A stretch of DNA of 58,474 nt, counting the filler, from Bipalium vagum (Eukaryota), in the NCBI GenBank assembly GCA_037834085.1. It is 3 parts of 3 records of this genome, joined end to end, with 100 filler letters (N's around TTAATTAATTAA, not from the genome) between each part and the next. Parts side by side here need not be neighbours in the genome. Positions count along the whole stretch, not along the records: positions 19,205 to 36,245 come from JBBMKC010081145.1; positions 36,346 to 58,474 come from JBBMKC010226547.1; 1 more part is not named here. One strand, given 5' to 3'. Under the pieces are notes generated by a model. It worked only from the letters and a program-made list of their open reading frames with translations, did not search any database and had not been told where the DNA came from. The first letter of the stretch is position 1, and each line of letters opens with the position of its first letter. The position numbers and the translations under genes are program-made. Shown in pieces: positions 27,611 through 39,667 of the stretch.

Positions 27611-28348
27611 GCTTTTAATGTTTTTACATGTGACTCAAATGTACATGCCTTTTTATAACTCATAAAGCATGACACGCAATAAATTATTTTTTATGTTCAT
27701 ATCTTAAATGTTAAAAAATTATTTATAAAGTTGTATTGAAATAATACCTCATGTTATATTGATTTTATAACTTGATTGGTATAAAAAAATATTTGTCACA
27801 CTTGAGTGCTCACATAACTTTCGCAAATTGAGTCAAACCTTTAGGAATGATATATGAGTATGGGAAATAGTTCCCATCCCTTTATTATAAATTAACTATT
27901 ATTATAAATATTGTGTATTTGTCATTGGAAATAAAACTAAAAAGAAATATTATCTCTCAAGATGTGATTTAAATCTGATTGGTTGCTGTGTCAAAATAAT
28001 TGGAAGCCTTTGGAAGAAAATATAAGGGTAATACAAAATAGTTGAATGACATCAAGCGAATCGGTAACAAATAAGTGTTCTGAGCTCTTTGACATCTAAA
28101 ACAGAATCTACATCTACCAATCTTTGGTAAATACTACTTTAGATGTTATTTGCTTTCGTCACATCAAGGAGAGATCCACATAAATTTTCTGTTGTATTTT
28201 GTACATTGTATTTTAATATTTAAAAAATAATTTTGATAAAGCAAAGGAAAACCTTAGAAATATGAAAAAAATATTTTTAATTATCAATTTTCAAAACAGA
28301 TATTTTCACAAAATAAAAAAACGTAATTAATTAATTTTTTTCATTAAG

Positions 28349-28443
28349 ATTATTGGGTTGAAAACTATCCGGAGGTTTGTATAAATTTGAAGAACGAAAA
28401 TTTATCGAAATCCCTCCATAGGTTTAGAAAATTGTATAAACAA
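28349..28443 (+). CDS. ANOS1: Anosmin-like exon (DYWVENYPEVCINLKNENLSKSLHRFRKLYKQ)
   Basis: Splice sites cattaag| and |gtttag, phase 1 to 0. YWVENYPEVC corresponds to anosmin YHVRWFPEAC. Confidence 0.8.
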
Positions 28444-28501
28444 GTTTAGAATTCTTAAAATATAATCCTTTATAGTTACGGTTTTATTTATATTTTTCCA
28501 G

Positions 28502-28664
28502 ACAACGCAAATCTTATTGTCAAACCTGAGATTCAATTGTAGATACGCAGTCGAAATCACTCAGATGACGCCAAACATACCCAATGTTACATATCATCTG
28601 TGCTTTTGTACACCTCCCTGTAATAATAATAATCCATATCAATCGAAATATTGTCAAAAAGAAG
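28502..28664 (+). CDS. ANOS1: Anosmin-like exon (TTQILLSNLRFNCRYAVEITQM...HLCFCTPPCNNNNPYQSKYCQKE)
   Basis: Splice sites tttttccag| and |gtgaga, after a 58-nt intron. ILLSNLRFNCRYAVEI...FCTPPC matches the diagnostic anosmin FN3-3 segment IILQDLSFSCKYKVTV...FFTTPPC. Confidence 0.88.
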
Positions 28665-28864
28665 GTGAGATTAATAAAAATTATTTTAATTAATAAATAA
28701 AATAAATAAATAGTCTTTTAATCAATAAATAGTCTGAATTAATTTTGATTGTATTTTTATTCTTATGTCTATAAAATTACAAAATCTTTGTAATAAAATC
28801 TCTCTTTATTGATAATTTTGATTTGATCTAATATTTTATATTTATTTGGTAATTATCAACCCAG

Positions 28865-29112
28865 ATTTGACGTTACCATCCCCAAAAGAACCAAGGTCCT
28901 CTCTGATAGATGTTGATTCAATGACTTACAAGATATCCTGGAAACCATCCTATCTGATTTCAACAAAAAACAGAAATCTTGATGTTACTAAATACCGAAT
29001 TTCTTGGGCTCCCAGAAAGTTTGAACCAGTTCGAATTGAACATTATTTGGGATCAGGAGGATTTAATCCTATTGTCGACTTTGATCAGTCAGATGTCAGA
29101 ATAGTTCATAGC
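28865..29112 (+). CDS. ANOS1: Anosmin-like exon, first part of the last FN3 repeat (LPSPKEP...YKISWKP...VTKYRISWAP)
   Basis: Splice sites cccag| and |gtatat, phase 1 to 0. FN3 hallmarks are present (PxP, SW, YxIxW). Confidence 0.88.
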
Positions 29113-29161
29113 GTATATTTACGGATAATGTATTACCCATAGGTTAATTAAATCCCTTTAG

Positions 29162-29309
29162 AACATCACCAGACTGCTATTAAGAAACTTGACGAGAAAT
29201 CAGCTTTATGTAGTAAAAATACAAAGCCTAGGAATAACGGTTGATGGAGAAATTATCGAAAGCTTCCCCACAACAATTCTTTTACCTACATTTGGGTATT
29301 CGGAAGAAT
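29162..29309 (+). CDS. ANOS1: Anosmin-like exon, end of the last FN3 repeat (NITRLLLRNLTRNQLYVVKIQSLG...GYSEE)
   Basis: Follows a 49-nt intron; splice sites ctttag| and |gtatgt, phase 0 to 1. It carries the FN3 tyrosine-corner pattern LxNLxxxxxYxVxIQ. Confidence 0.88.
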
Positions 29310-31759
29310 GTATGTTAAAATAGATTTCTTTTAGTATTAATAATTAATATTTTTAAATTTATCTTTAACATGAAAAATATTCTCTTTTTTATTTTTCACA
29401 TTAATCATGTTTAATTTCCCTCAGTTCTATTCATCTTTTACATATCAACTTACCATTTTAATTTCCGAAAAACAAAATATTGTGTAAAAAATATAATTTG
29501 TAAAAAGAGGAAAATTGTTAATAAAATATTAAGATGAAGTCTTAACCTTCAAAAGAATAAAGGATTTAGACTATTTTTTGAAAGAATCTCAAAAGCATTA
29601 AAATAATTTTATAAAAAAAATGACATGTGTAATCTATAATATAAAATCTTTATTTATGATTATATATTTATATATAATTTTTATATATTTTTAATTATAT
29701 TTTTTCTTAATATTTTCTATTTTAGGTAATTCAAACATTATTATTCTGAAATAAATAATAAATAAAATTATATTTGATTTTTATTATTATTTTATTTATA
29801 TTTTCTCAATCAGAACCCTTTCAAAAACAACTTTCCCAAAGAAAAATGAATTTCTCATATTATTAAAAAGAAATAAATATATTAATTGTTATAATAATTA
29901 ACTTTGTTTAATAAATATTGTTATAATTTTTATTCAATTATAAAATTATTGCAATAAATAATAATATTTATTATTGTATTTATTGTTACTACGTATCCTG
30001 AAGATTATATTGATATTAAAAAATAAATTAATCAATTAGTGTTTTTTCTGCTCAACAAAATTAATGTACAACATAAAATATATTTATCTTAATTAATTAA
30101 TATTAATTAATCCGAAACACAGAGCCATGACCTTAACCCATTAATCGTTTAGCAAATATTATCAAAATGATATTATTATATTATAATACCTTAATGGCTT
30201 TTTAGAATTGTTATTATTTGCTTGTTAAACAATTTTTTAATATTTTCTTATTAAAGTAAATTTTTTTATTTTATTATTAATAATAATTATTAATTTTATA
30301 AACCAATGACATGATCTTTTGTATAAATTATAATTAATTTTTTATTTAAATATAAATTTCTTAACATTTCTTTGAAAATATTTATTTTGATTATTAAGAT
30401 CTTTTTATTTATATTTTAGTGTCAAAGTAATTATTTTCTTTATTACTCACAATATTTACACAAATTTCTTTTCTTAAAAATTTCATAACTTTCGTGAAAG
30501 TATTTTTTGCAAATATTGATTCAATTTTATTAATGGAAATTGATTTTCATTAATATTGTAATAAATTTCAAGTTTTGTCATTTAGATTCATCTCTAAGGT
30601 TGGTATAAAATATTTTTAAAAAATAAATAATTTTTAATTTTTTACTTTTTATGAAAAATAATTTAATAATATAAATGAATAATGCATTGAATAATCATTT
30701 GAATTTTTTCTCTAGAAATATTCGGTTTATTCAAATTAAATTATTTTTATTAATTTTTATTATTTTTTATTATTTTTTATTATTTTTATTCCATTTATCT
30801 TCCGTCAATTATCATTCATTTTATTTTATGATAATATTTTTAATAATAGTTGTTAATTACCACCAGAAGTTAATCATTATTTTTAACTAATTAATATCAC
30901 AGTCACCTTATTTGTACTTTGTAAGGGTTTTGATTGATTTCTTAGGATTTGAGGATCTTTCAGTTATTCAGAATGCATTAATCTGCTAAGAGACCCATTA
31001 AAAAAAAGAATAAATTCTTCATTTCTGTGGTTAGAAAATAAAAGAAAGAGAAAATATTAAATTTTTATTGCCATAATATTTTAAGTGACTCAGTTGTGAT
31101 TAGAGGTATTAGGGGAAATTAAAAGTAGATTGGCCCTCATTTTAGACAGATTAGACTGAATTTGTAATGAATCTTTTCCTTAATGCAGCTTGGCAACTTG
31201 GACTTGAAACCATGCGAAACAATGTTCTAATGTCGTTTTCCTTGAGAAAGTATTACTCAAATCTATTTAGTACTGAAAACATTGCCTTGGAAAAAAAATA
31301 TTTCTTCGTTTAAAACAAATTATTTACAAATGGAGAGATATTTATCATTATTCCATGCAATATGTCACTTTCAAGTCTTTTCTCCTTTTGTTGTCTGAGG
31401 ATTCCCCTGAAAGATAATTATTGATTGTCTTTTACGTCGTAGTTTCACTTAACCCCTTGGTCGATTTTGAAATTAGTTTTTCATTATTGCTTTTGTCAGC
31501 ACGTCTCATTCGTTGCTCAATAATTCTTTTAATTTCAACTCCAAATTTGAATAAATAAATGAACTTTAAAATCAAGTCAAATTTATTTATATTTTCTTTT
31601 CTTAAATGTATTTTTAAAAATTTTTAATATCAATTAGGAACATCAAATTATTTGGTAATTTAAATTAATTTTCCTTTACCATATCCCTAAAATATTAAAA
31701 CTTTATTAAATGATTTAGAAATTAAATTTAAAATATATTAAATATGTATTAATAATAAC

Positions 31760-31823
<64 letters not shown>
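31760..31823. repeat. (TAT)n microsatellite
   Basis: About 21 perfect units are directly visible. Confidence 0.95.
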
Positions 31824-32578
31824 TTAATGTAACTTAATATATAATCTTTGTCTGTTGAAAAAATTAAATCAACACATTAAAACATTCAGTATGATAAACG
31901 TTGTGGTTTTGTGAAAACTTTAACTAAAATTGTTAAAAGACGTATTACCAAAGTAAAATTCATTGATTCTTATGATGTAAAACCTACAGAAAATAAAGTT
32001 TCAAGAATAATTGAAGTAATACATTAAAACAAAAAATAGAATAACAAATTAAATTCATTTTAAAATGTAATCATATAATTCTTTACGCTGTTTTTTCTTC
32101 TAATTAAATTTCGATTTTAATTAATTAATTAAAACAACAGGTGACCGATACAAATATTTAAGGTATAATACAAAGATGCAACCATATTAAAATTTACTTT
32201 ATTTCATATCGTTTTCGCTTAAAACTTTTCATATGATTGAAATGTTTAGCCTTTGAGCTTTGATCTTTATAGTTTGTAAACAATATTTTCTTTTATAAAT
32301 TAAATAAAGAATAACGAGAATCATTAAAAAATAATACACATTTACATTTAAAATGTTATACATTAATTTCTCAAAATATACCGAATATACTATAATTATT
32401 TATATTATTATTATAATTATTATATTATATATTAATAGAAATTTTCATTTACCAATCAACCAAATTAATTTCGCCATTAGATATTTTTCATTTTAAGTTA
32501 TATAAGCATTCGATACCTTACTTTGATTTATAATTACTTTTGGTTATTAATTAAACATTCTAACGAATTTTCAAAATA

Positions 32579-33537
32579 CAGGTTGCCTGAAAACTGCGAA
32601 ATCTCAGATTGATAAAATGAGAAAATACATCAAAAACACATTTATTTATCAAAATACTTTCCTGACAATCAATAGTCTTAGTCCTTTTTTTATTTATTAA
32701 TTCAATTCCATGTTTACAGCACATTTCAGAAAAGTCTCCTAAGTAATGTTCTACAACTGCTGTAGAACATTAATTTAATGCATACAAAAAACTTGTCACA
32801 GGAGAACTGATAATAAGAAATAAGTTTGTCAGTAGTTGCAGCTTCTCAACTCTGCCTATATACGTTTGTTTACAGAAACACCAAAAATCTTCGATATTAC
32901 ATATTTCTATATTTTTAACAGTATTGTCTTCTTTTTTATAAATTTTTTACCAGCACGAACAGATTCAATGTTATTGGTATAATATTTGTAAGTTTTTCAT
33001 TTATTTTGCTATGAAGATGAGACCCTTAAATGTTATGAAGGTCAATGATCATCGCGGTGTGAAATCTGGCGAATATGGTGGATGTTTAATCAGTTTATAA
33101 TTTAATTGGTTCAACTACGAGGATGAATCAAAAAGTTACCGGAATAATCATAAAAATCAAAACAAAGTACATAATACAAATTTATTTTTCTACATATGAA
33201 CCATCTAACTCATAACACTTTTCCATACGGTGTCGCCAGCGTTCTAAACCATTTCTATAAAAAATGAATTATAATAAGATTTTGTATTATATTAGTTAGA
33301 AGAGTAATGAATGCATATAATCAATTTTTTAATTCCTATCTATTTATTTGTGAAAATGTCAGCATCATTCCGGGAACTTTTTGATTCACCCTCGTATGTC
33401 ATTGTTAATGCACTTTTGTGAGCTGGTGCTTTGTCCTGATGAAAAATGATATTTCTGCTTCTTCAACACCGGTCTTATAAGAATGTTTTTATCCAATTGA
33501 TCATAAGAATCTGAGTTGATTTCTTCTCAAAACACTG
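32579..33537 (-). mobile_element. Decayed mariner element interrupted by a MITE
   Basis: On -, HQDKAPAHKSALTMT (33440-33397) resumes after the insert as LNQLNYKLIKHPPYSPDFTP (33114-33055). TA-CAG-type ends lie at ~32579 and ~33537. Confidence 0.7.
33118..33394. mobile_element. Mariner-derived MITE, 277 bp, with 28-bp TIRs and a TA target duplication
   Basis: TA|CGAGGATGAATCAAAAAGTTACCGGAAT ... ATTCCGGGAACTTTTTGATTCACCCTCG|TA, with 2 mismatches between the TIRs. Confidence 0.9.
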
Positions 33538-34374
33538 TACAGAATGGATTAATTTAAGAAAAAAATATTATTATGTAAAAATTTTTTAATTTTTATAATA
33601 ATAAGCTTTATGTAATTAAGTGAATGAATAAATCAATCAAAAATTATGAAACAGCGTAGTTATAAAATAATAAAATAATTATTTTAGTTAAAAAAACAAT
33701 TTGAATAAAAGAAATTTAAGAATTCAGAAGAAAGAATAAATAAAATAGACTCAAATCAATGTTTTGCTTATTAAATTTCATTGAGAAAATTATTTCGATA
33801 TATTCAAAAATATAAAGAGATATCTTTAAATTTGTAGACATGATGGAAACGATGTAAGAATGATAATAATGATATCAAATTAAAACAGAGCGGAAGAGAT
33901 AAGTTGAAACATTTAAACAAATAACTTATGACTTGAAAAATAATTATTTATATTATTATCATCAAATTTATTTAAATATTAAAGTTAAAATAATATTTTA
34001 AAAGTTATTAATAGTAATCATAATAATAAAAATCATGATCATAATCATAAGAAGAATTACAGATTGTATATTGTGTATGTAAAAGTTAAATTTTAAAATA
34101 ATTTTCATTTTTAAATTCATAAATTAAGAGTTTTTAAAGAAAATATTTTAGTCAATATTTATTGAAAAACACAAAAATTGTAACTATTTTATAAAATTAT
34201 TATTATAATCATCAAATTGCCAAATTCAATATTTTTAGAATTTAATATATTATATAAATTAATTTCATATAAACGTGAATGGCTTAATTATTCCAAATAA
34301 AATCAATAGATCAGTTAATTTCTGAGTAAGTGGTAAGGCTTAAAACGATGTAGACTCTATCACATTTATTGAAT

Positions 34375-35328
34375 ATACTTCGATAAAAAAATTGCACTTA
34401 AAATAATAATCTTATATAACTATGGAATGATAGACTAATATTTTAATTTTTGTTTGCATTAGATTAAACTAATTTAAATAAATTGTTTGAAAATGTGGAA
34501 CTTCGCAGTGTGGCATGTTTTTTTTATTTCTCAAAGGATCTGTTAAGAAAGAAGTTATTAATCAGTTTCAAGAGATACATGGTGAAGAACCCCCATCAGG
34601 CGACCATTTATAACTGGATCCGAAAAAAGTTTTTTCGATGAAATCAAATGTTGGAGACCTGTCAAAATTATTGAAGAAATTAAAAAATTTTAAGATATTG
34701 TAACAAATAAAAGAAGAATTACTCAAACACGCCTCTCTGAGAGGCTCAATATATATGCCAAAAAACCTGCTTCTTGAGCAAATGGAAATCGGAAAGTTAT
34801 GGATCAGATTCATTCATGGATTCTTAACAACTAAGGTAATGAACAGAAATAAAATGGCCTGTGAAAGGAATTTTTGTCTTCTTAAATTTCAATACTACAA
34901 TAATCTCATACTTAAAACTCAGAGCATCCAGAGCTTCTTTTAATTCATGATAATGCTTTCATTCACAAATTCAAAAATGTAAGAGATACATTAGTAAAAC
35001 TTCGGCATGTACAGGTGAATCATCCTCCATACAATCTAGATCTTCCTAATAGTGATTTTTGGCTGTTGAAGAAAATCATCTTAAGAAACGTGCAAGGACA
35101 TAAATTTGTTTCAAAGAATGATATAAAGATTCACCTGAAGAAATTCTTCTTGGAGAAAAATCAAATTTTCTTTGAAATAGGCTTCCATGGAATTGTCGAC
35201 CAATGTGAAAAAAAATCAATGTAAGCAGTGGTTGTGTCGAGAAATGAGATCTTTACGCATTGTTAAATAAAAATTGTTGAGTTGACTTCAATAGTAGAGT
35301 CTAAGTACTTTTTAATCTTATCACGTAT
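34375..35328 (+). mobile_element. Decayed, internally deleted mariner element
   Basis: Fragments FQEIHGEEPPS, IHDNAFIH and VNHPPYNLDLPNSDFWLLKK...FFEIGFHGIVDQCEK, i.e. degenerate HDNA and HPPYSPDLAPSDFWLF motifs. Confidence 0.75.
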
Positions 35329-35531
35329 ATTAAAATCTGATTAAATTCAACCAATAAGAATTATAAATATTTGAGAAAATTATAAATATTATTATTTAAT
35401 AAACACATAATAATTTAAGAAATAGATTGATTAATTATCAATTTTAAAGGTTTCGCTAATATTTATGTCTAGAGTGAATTTAAAAATAATTTATTTTTAT
35501 TAAAATTTTATTTGACAAATTTTATTTTCAG

Positions 35532-35620
35532 TTTATACGAAATCAAGCCAAATAATGAGACCGATTTATTCATCAGTTCTGTCCCTTTATTTACTATATC
35601 GTCAAGTTATGGCATCTTGA
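35532..35620 (+). CDS. ANOS1: Probable terminal exon of the anosmin-like gene (FYTKSSQIMRPIYSSVLSLYLLYRQVMAS*)
   Basis: Strong acceptor ttttattttcag. The phase-1 frame matches the 29309 donor and is open to TGA at 35618-35620, with AATAAA immediately after. Confidence 0.5.
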
Positions 35621-36245
35621 AAAATAAAATCCTTGCCAAATCCCAAAATCTTTCATGTAATATTATTATCAAATGTATTGAACTTGTTTATATAATATAT
35701 AATGAACGTGTTTGTTTTTTAAACCGTCAGTTTTAACAAAATATCATTATATATTTGAAATAATTACACAAAATAAACAAAAATTAAATTAAAAAAAACA
35801 GTTATATTTTTATCGAATCAAAAAAATTTTAAAAATTCATTAAATGATATAAATTGGAAATGATCGGGATTATTAGTACAGATGTTTTGCTTAAATCTCG
35901 TTTATTTGTTTTAATATATTTCCATCTGAACTTGTTTTATTTGAAAAAGAAAATTCTAAAATTTCAATTAAAACATTATTGTGAAACATAATAATGAAAT
36001 AAAGAAAAAAAGTGAATTTAGAAAAGCAATGTTATACAATTATTTTATTTTGAAAAAAAATAATATCAAATTATTTTTTTAATAGTTTCCTTAGAAAAAT
36101 GTACAGAATATCGTCGAGTATGAACATATATTCCTGTAAAATCAGTTCTAAATTTATTTATTAAGATTTACCAGGTTGAGTCAAAAGTTATTAGCGTTTT
36201 TTTAATAAATTGAAATTGTTTTACTGCTTCATTATTACTATATTT

Positions 36246-36345
36246 NNNNNNNNNNNNNNNNNNNNNNNNNNNNNNNNNNNNNNNNNNNNTTAATTAATTA
36301 ANNNNNNNNNNNNNNNNNNNNNNNNNNNNNNNNNNNNNNNNNNNN
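36246..36345. other. Artificial scaffold linker N44-TTAATTAATTAA-N44
   Basis: Identical to the linker at 19105-19204. Confidence 0.95.
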
Positions 36346-38580
36346 TGTTTCATAATTTCGATCGGTCAGAATTGTTTAACAGTTTTTTGACAAAATATAT
36401 ACTTTTTATATACATATATTATGACTTGTTCATGCACAATTTTTAGGATTTTTCAAAATCACAAATAACAGTTAAGTTTTAGAATCACAAATGACAATAA
36501 AGTTTTATGGCTGATTTAGGATTTGGAATTTGACTCTGTCGCAGGGTTCGGTTGAGTTGATCCACTGGTTTTGGTTGTTTTGATTGAGCTGCAGGGTTTG
36601 TTGAACGTAGTCTCCACAGAACACTGCTTTCAACTATGTTGACCATCTAGTAATAATAACTTCTGTAGAATTTCCTGTCTTTGAAAAGAACTGACTCTTT
36701 AGATGCATATATTAATTCATCACATAATATGCCAGTTTCATCAATCTACGAATTTCAATAATTTACTAATAGAAGTATGTTAATTCCAAAGCATTAAAAG
36801 TTTTTCCTCATTATTAAAAATATTACACCAAAAGGAACAAATCATGGAGATAATATGGATAAATATTTAACAAAAATATTATATCGTTGATTGCATGGAC
36901 AGAATGACATTATTTGATCATTAACTATTATAATTGTGAAACATGATTTTTTTTAACAATCATTTTTCTAACTCATTCTCATTGATGTTAAATTGATGTT
37001 GATTTTTTAAAAATTTCGATAATGTCATTAAAATGATAAATTTTAACAAAAGTGAATAAAAGACAGAAGTTAGTCACATATCCACAAGATTATTCATGTA
37101 TCGTACAATTTTATATTCTTTCAAAGTAAAGAATACAAAAATAATTTTAAAAAATAGATAAAAACTTTAAAATTTTAAAACAAATTAAAATTGAACTAAA
37201 AGTAATTAAAATTTTACCAAGTAATTGTTAATTATTAATATTGTTATTATTATTAACCTAAATTTCAATGATTTTCTTTAAATGCAATTGTTTAAACAAT
37301 CTCATTTTTCAAATATGTTAAACTGAAAATGGTGTTTAAGTTAATTTTTCATCATTCAAACTTATTTGGATAACAAAATATATTTTAATGTAAGCTCTGT
37401 ATCTTTTCTTACAATAATTTATAATTTAAATCGAAAAGTTCTAAGAGCTGAAGTATTTTTGTAATCAACTTTCTGTGATATTTTTTCATAATATTTTTCA
37501 TAAGTTGCTGTTGTCTAAATATACATCGGGATCACTTTGACAATTTTTACAGTTATAAACCATTTTTATACGTGCTTCATGCCTTACTAAAATTAAATTT
37601 AAGTCTTCGGGTATGCAGCTGGCGCAATTTTAAATCAAAATCTATATATTTCGTGACTGATTTTCGTTGGTAATTTCTAACAACATCACTATCATTTTTA
37701 GCAAAGTAAATTTAATTGACAAAGCACTTTATCAATCTTAATAAATATTTTTATTTGATATTTATTTAATTTTAAATTAAATTCATATTATCATTCTATT
37801 AATTCAGATCATAATTTATCTAATTTTTTACCATGAAAATCTTTAAATGTCATTCAAATTAGTCTGACTAATAATCGACATTTGAAAAAGTAAACAAAAA
37901 TCTTTTATTCACAAAATATATATATATTCATTATTCATAAGTGATCGATATGTATGTTAATAATTATGATATCGATTAATTTATCAACTAAAAATAAATA
38001 ACACTGATTTCCATAAAAAATCAGTATATCGTTATTATAATTGAAATAGTTTTAGTTTCCTAAACGGTGGAGCTATTAACCAATAGAATAACCGACAAGA
38101 TAACCTATACAAGAGTTTTTATAAAAATCGTGTTTAACTCAAATGCGTAACATATCAGATGGTTTTTTAATTATATTTGTGATTATAAGTACAATAATAA
38201 TCTTAGTTGATGATGGAAAAACCATAAAATAATTAACAATTGATTAAACTAGAATATTCTTTCTTACGATTTTACTATCAGTATCTCATAGATACTATAA
38301 AAAATGCGGTAAATATGTGAACTACGAACACAAAAATATCTGTATCGAAAGCAAAAAAAATCTTTATTTGATCTTAGGATTTAGAGTCTTAATATTTATT
38401 GTAAAGTTTAGTTAGTCCTCTGAAATCTGTCATAGATTTAATTTATTATGAAAAGAATACTCAATAATTTTTTCAAATTATTGATATTACCAGGGTATTA
38501 AAAATATAATAAATGTAAATAGTAAAATTGATCAGTAGTTTAGAAGTTACTGTCAAAATACTCATTTTAAATAAAGTACA

Positions 38581-39667
38581 TATAGTGATCCACAAATATT
38601 AGTAGATTTGCTATGATCGATTCTAGAACATTTTTTTGTGAAATAAATTTAAAATTAGTCGGGGGATGAGATTGCTGCTGCGCCACTATTGAAAAAGAGG
38701 CTTGAGCAGCAGTGATGCTTGCAAAGAGATATGCGAGTTTGAAAGTGAAGGACTTGTCTCTCAGAGGAATGCTGCTAAGTTGTGCAAATGTTTCAATAAT
38801 GGATATTTTAACTTTGAAGACAAGCGACTTTTAGGTCGACTTTCACTGCTAGTTGATGATGAATTGATTACAGTCTTGATAGACAATCCTTCTTTAGGTT
38901 CAAGTGATTTAGCTGTAGATGTTGGTGTACATCAAACAACTGTCCTAAGACATTTACATCAACTTGATTTTATTTTTTTGATCCAGATTACCTAAGTGAA
39001 GAAAAAGTTAGAAACATAGTTAATATGTGCAAAAGGCTGCTTGAGAACCCGCTAGATAATCGCTTTTGAAAACGTATTGTTACACTAGATGAAAATTAAA
39101 TATACTTAGTCAATCATAATCGAGAAAAACGGTGGGTCCCAATAGGCCATTATCTGCCTTCAGTCGCACGTCAATCTAGGTTGGGCAAGAAGTTCTTAAT
39201 GTGTTTGAAAGAATTCTTCGTTATGAACTGATTCCAAATGATAAAGCCATAAATGCAGAGCTTGATTGTGTTTATGATGCACTTAAGCAGAAGTATCCTG
39301 TCCTCCGTCGGAAGCGGGCATAGTTTCACCAGGACAATACCAAGCCACACACTGCTCGGTAATCCAAGAAAAATTTAGGAAGTTAGGATCTTGCTTCATC
39401 CTACAGTCCTGATGCTGCACCATCTGAATTTTTGGTTGTTTCGGTCCATGCTACACATCTTCAGACGACGCCGATTTGAATCTGGAACTAAAATTGAGAT
39501 AGCTTGTAAAGAGTTTTTCGAATCAAATCAAAGAAACTGATACTTTGACCAGATAAGAATGCTAGCAGATCGGTGGCATGAAATCATTGCAGCTTATGAG
39601 GTTTATTTTGAAGAGTAGTGTTATTGTTGAAAATAAGTAAATATGAGCTTTTGCATCACCATTGTAT
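38581..39667 (+). mobile_element. Near full-length decayed mariner (DD34D-type) element
   Basis: HTH region ACKEICEFESEGLVSQRNAAK...FNNGYFNFEDK..GR; then KRIVTLDEN*IY, HQDNTKPHTAR, YSPDAAPSE, LFRSM and YFDQIRMLADRWHEIIAAYEVYFEE*. Imperfect TIRs tatagtgatccacaaa / ttttgcatcaccattgta. Confidence 0.9.

Noticed and set aside
8321-30890. AT-rich track ORFs (8321, 13570, 13598, 14444, 15283, 23554, 25095, 25177, 30675; similar ones at 45642 and 49251)
   Set aside because: Their F/I/L/K/N/Y-dominated translations are what chance ORFs in very AT-rich DNA look like. They have no motifs or splice support.
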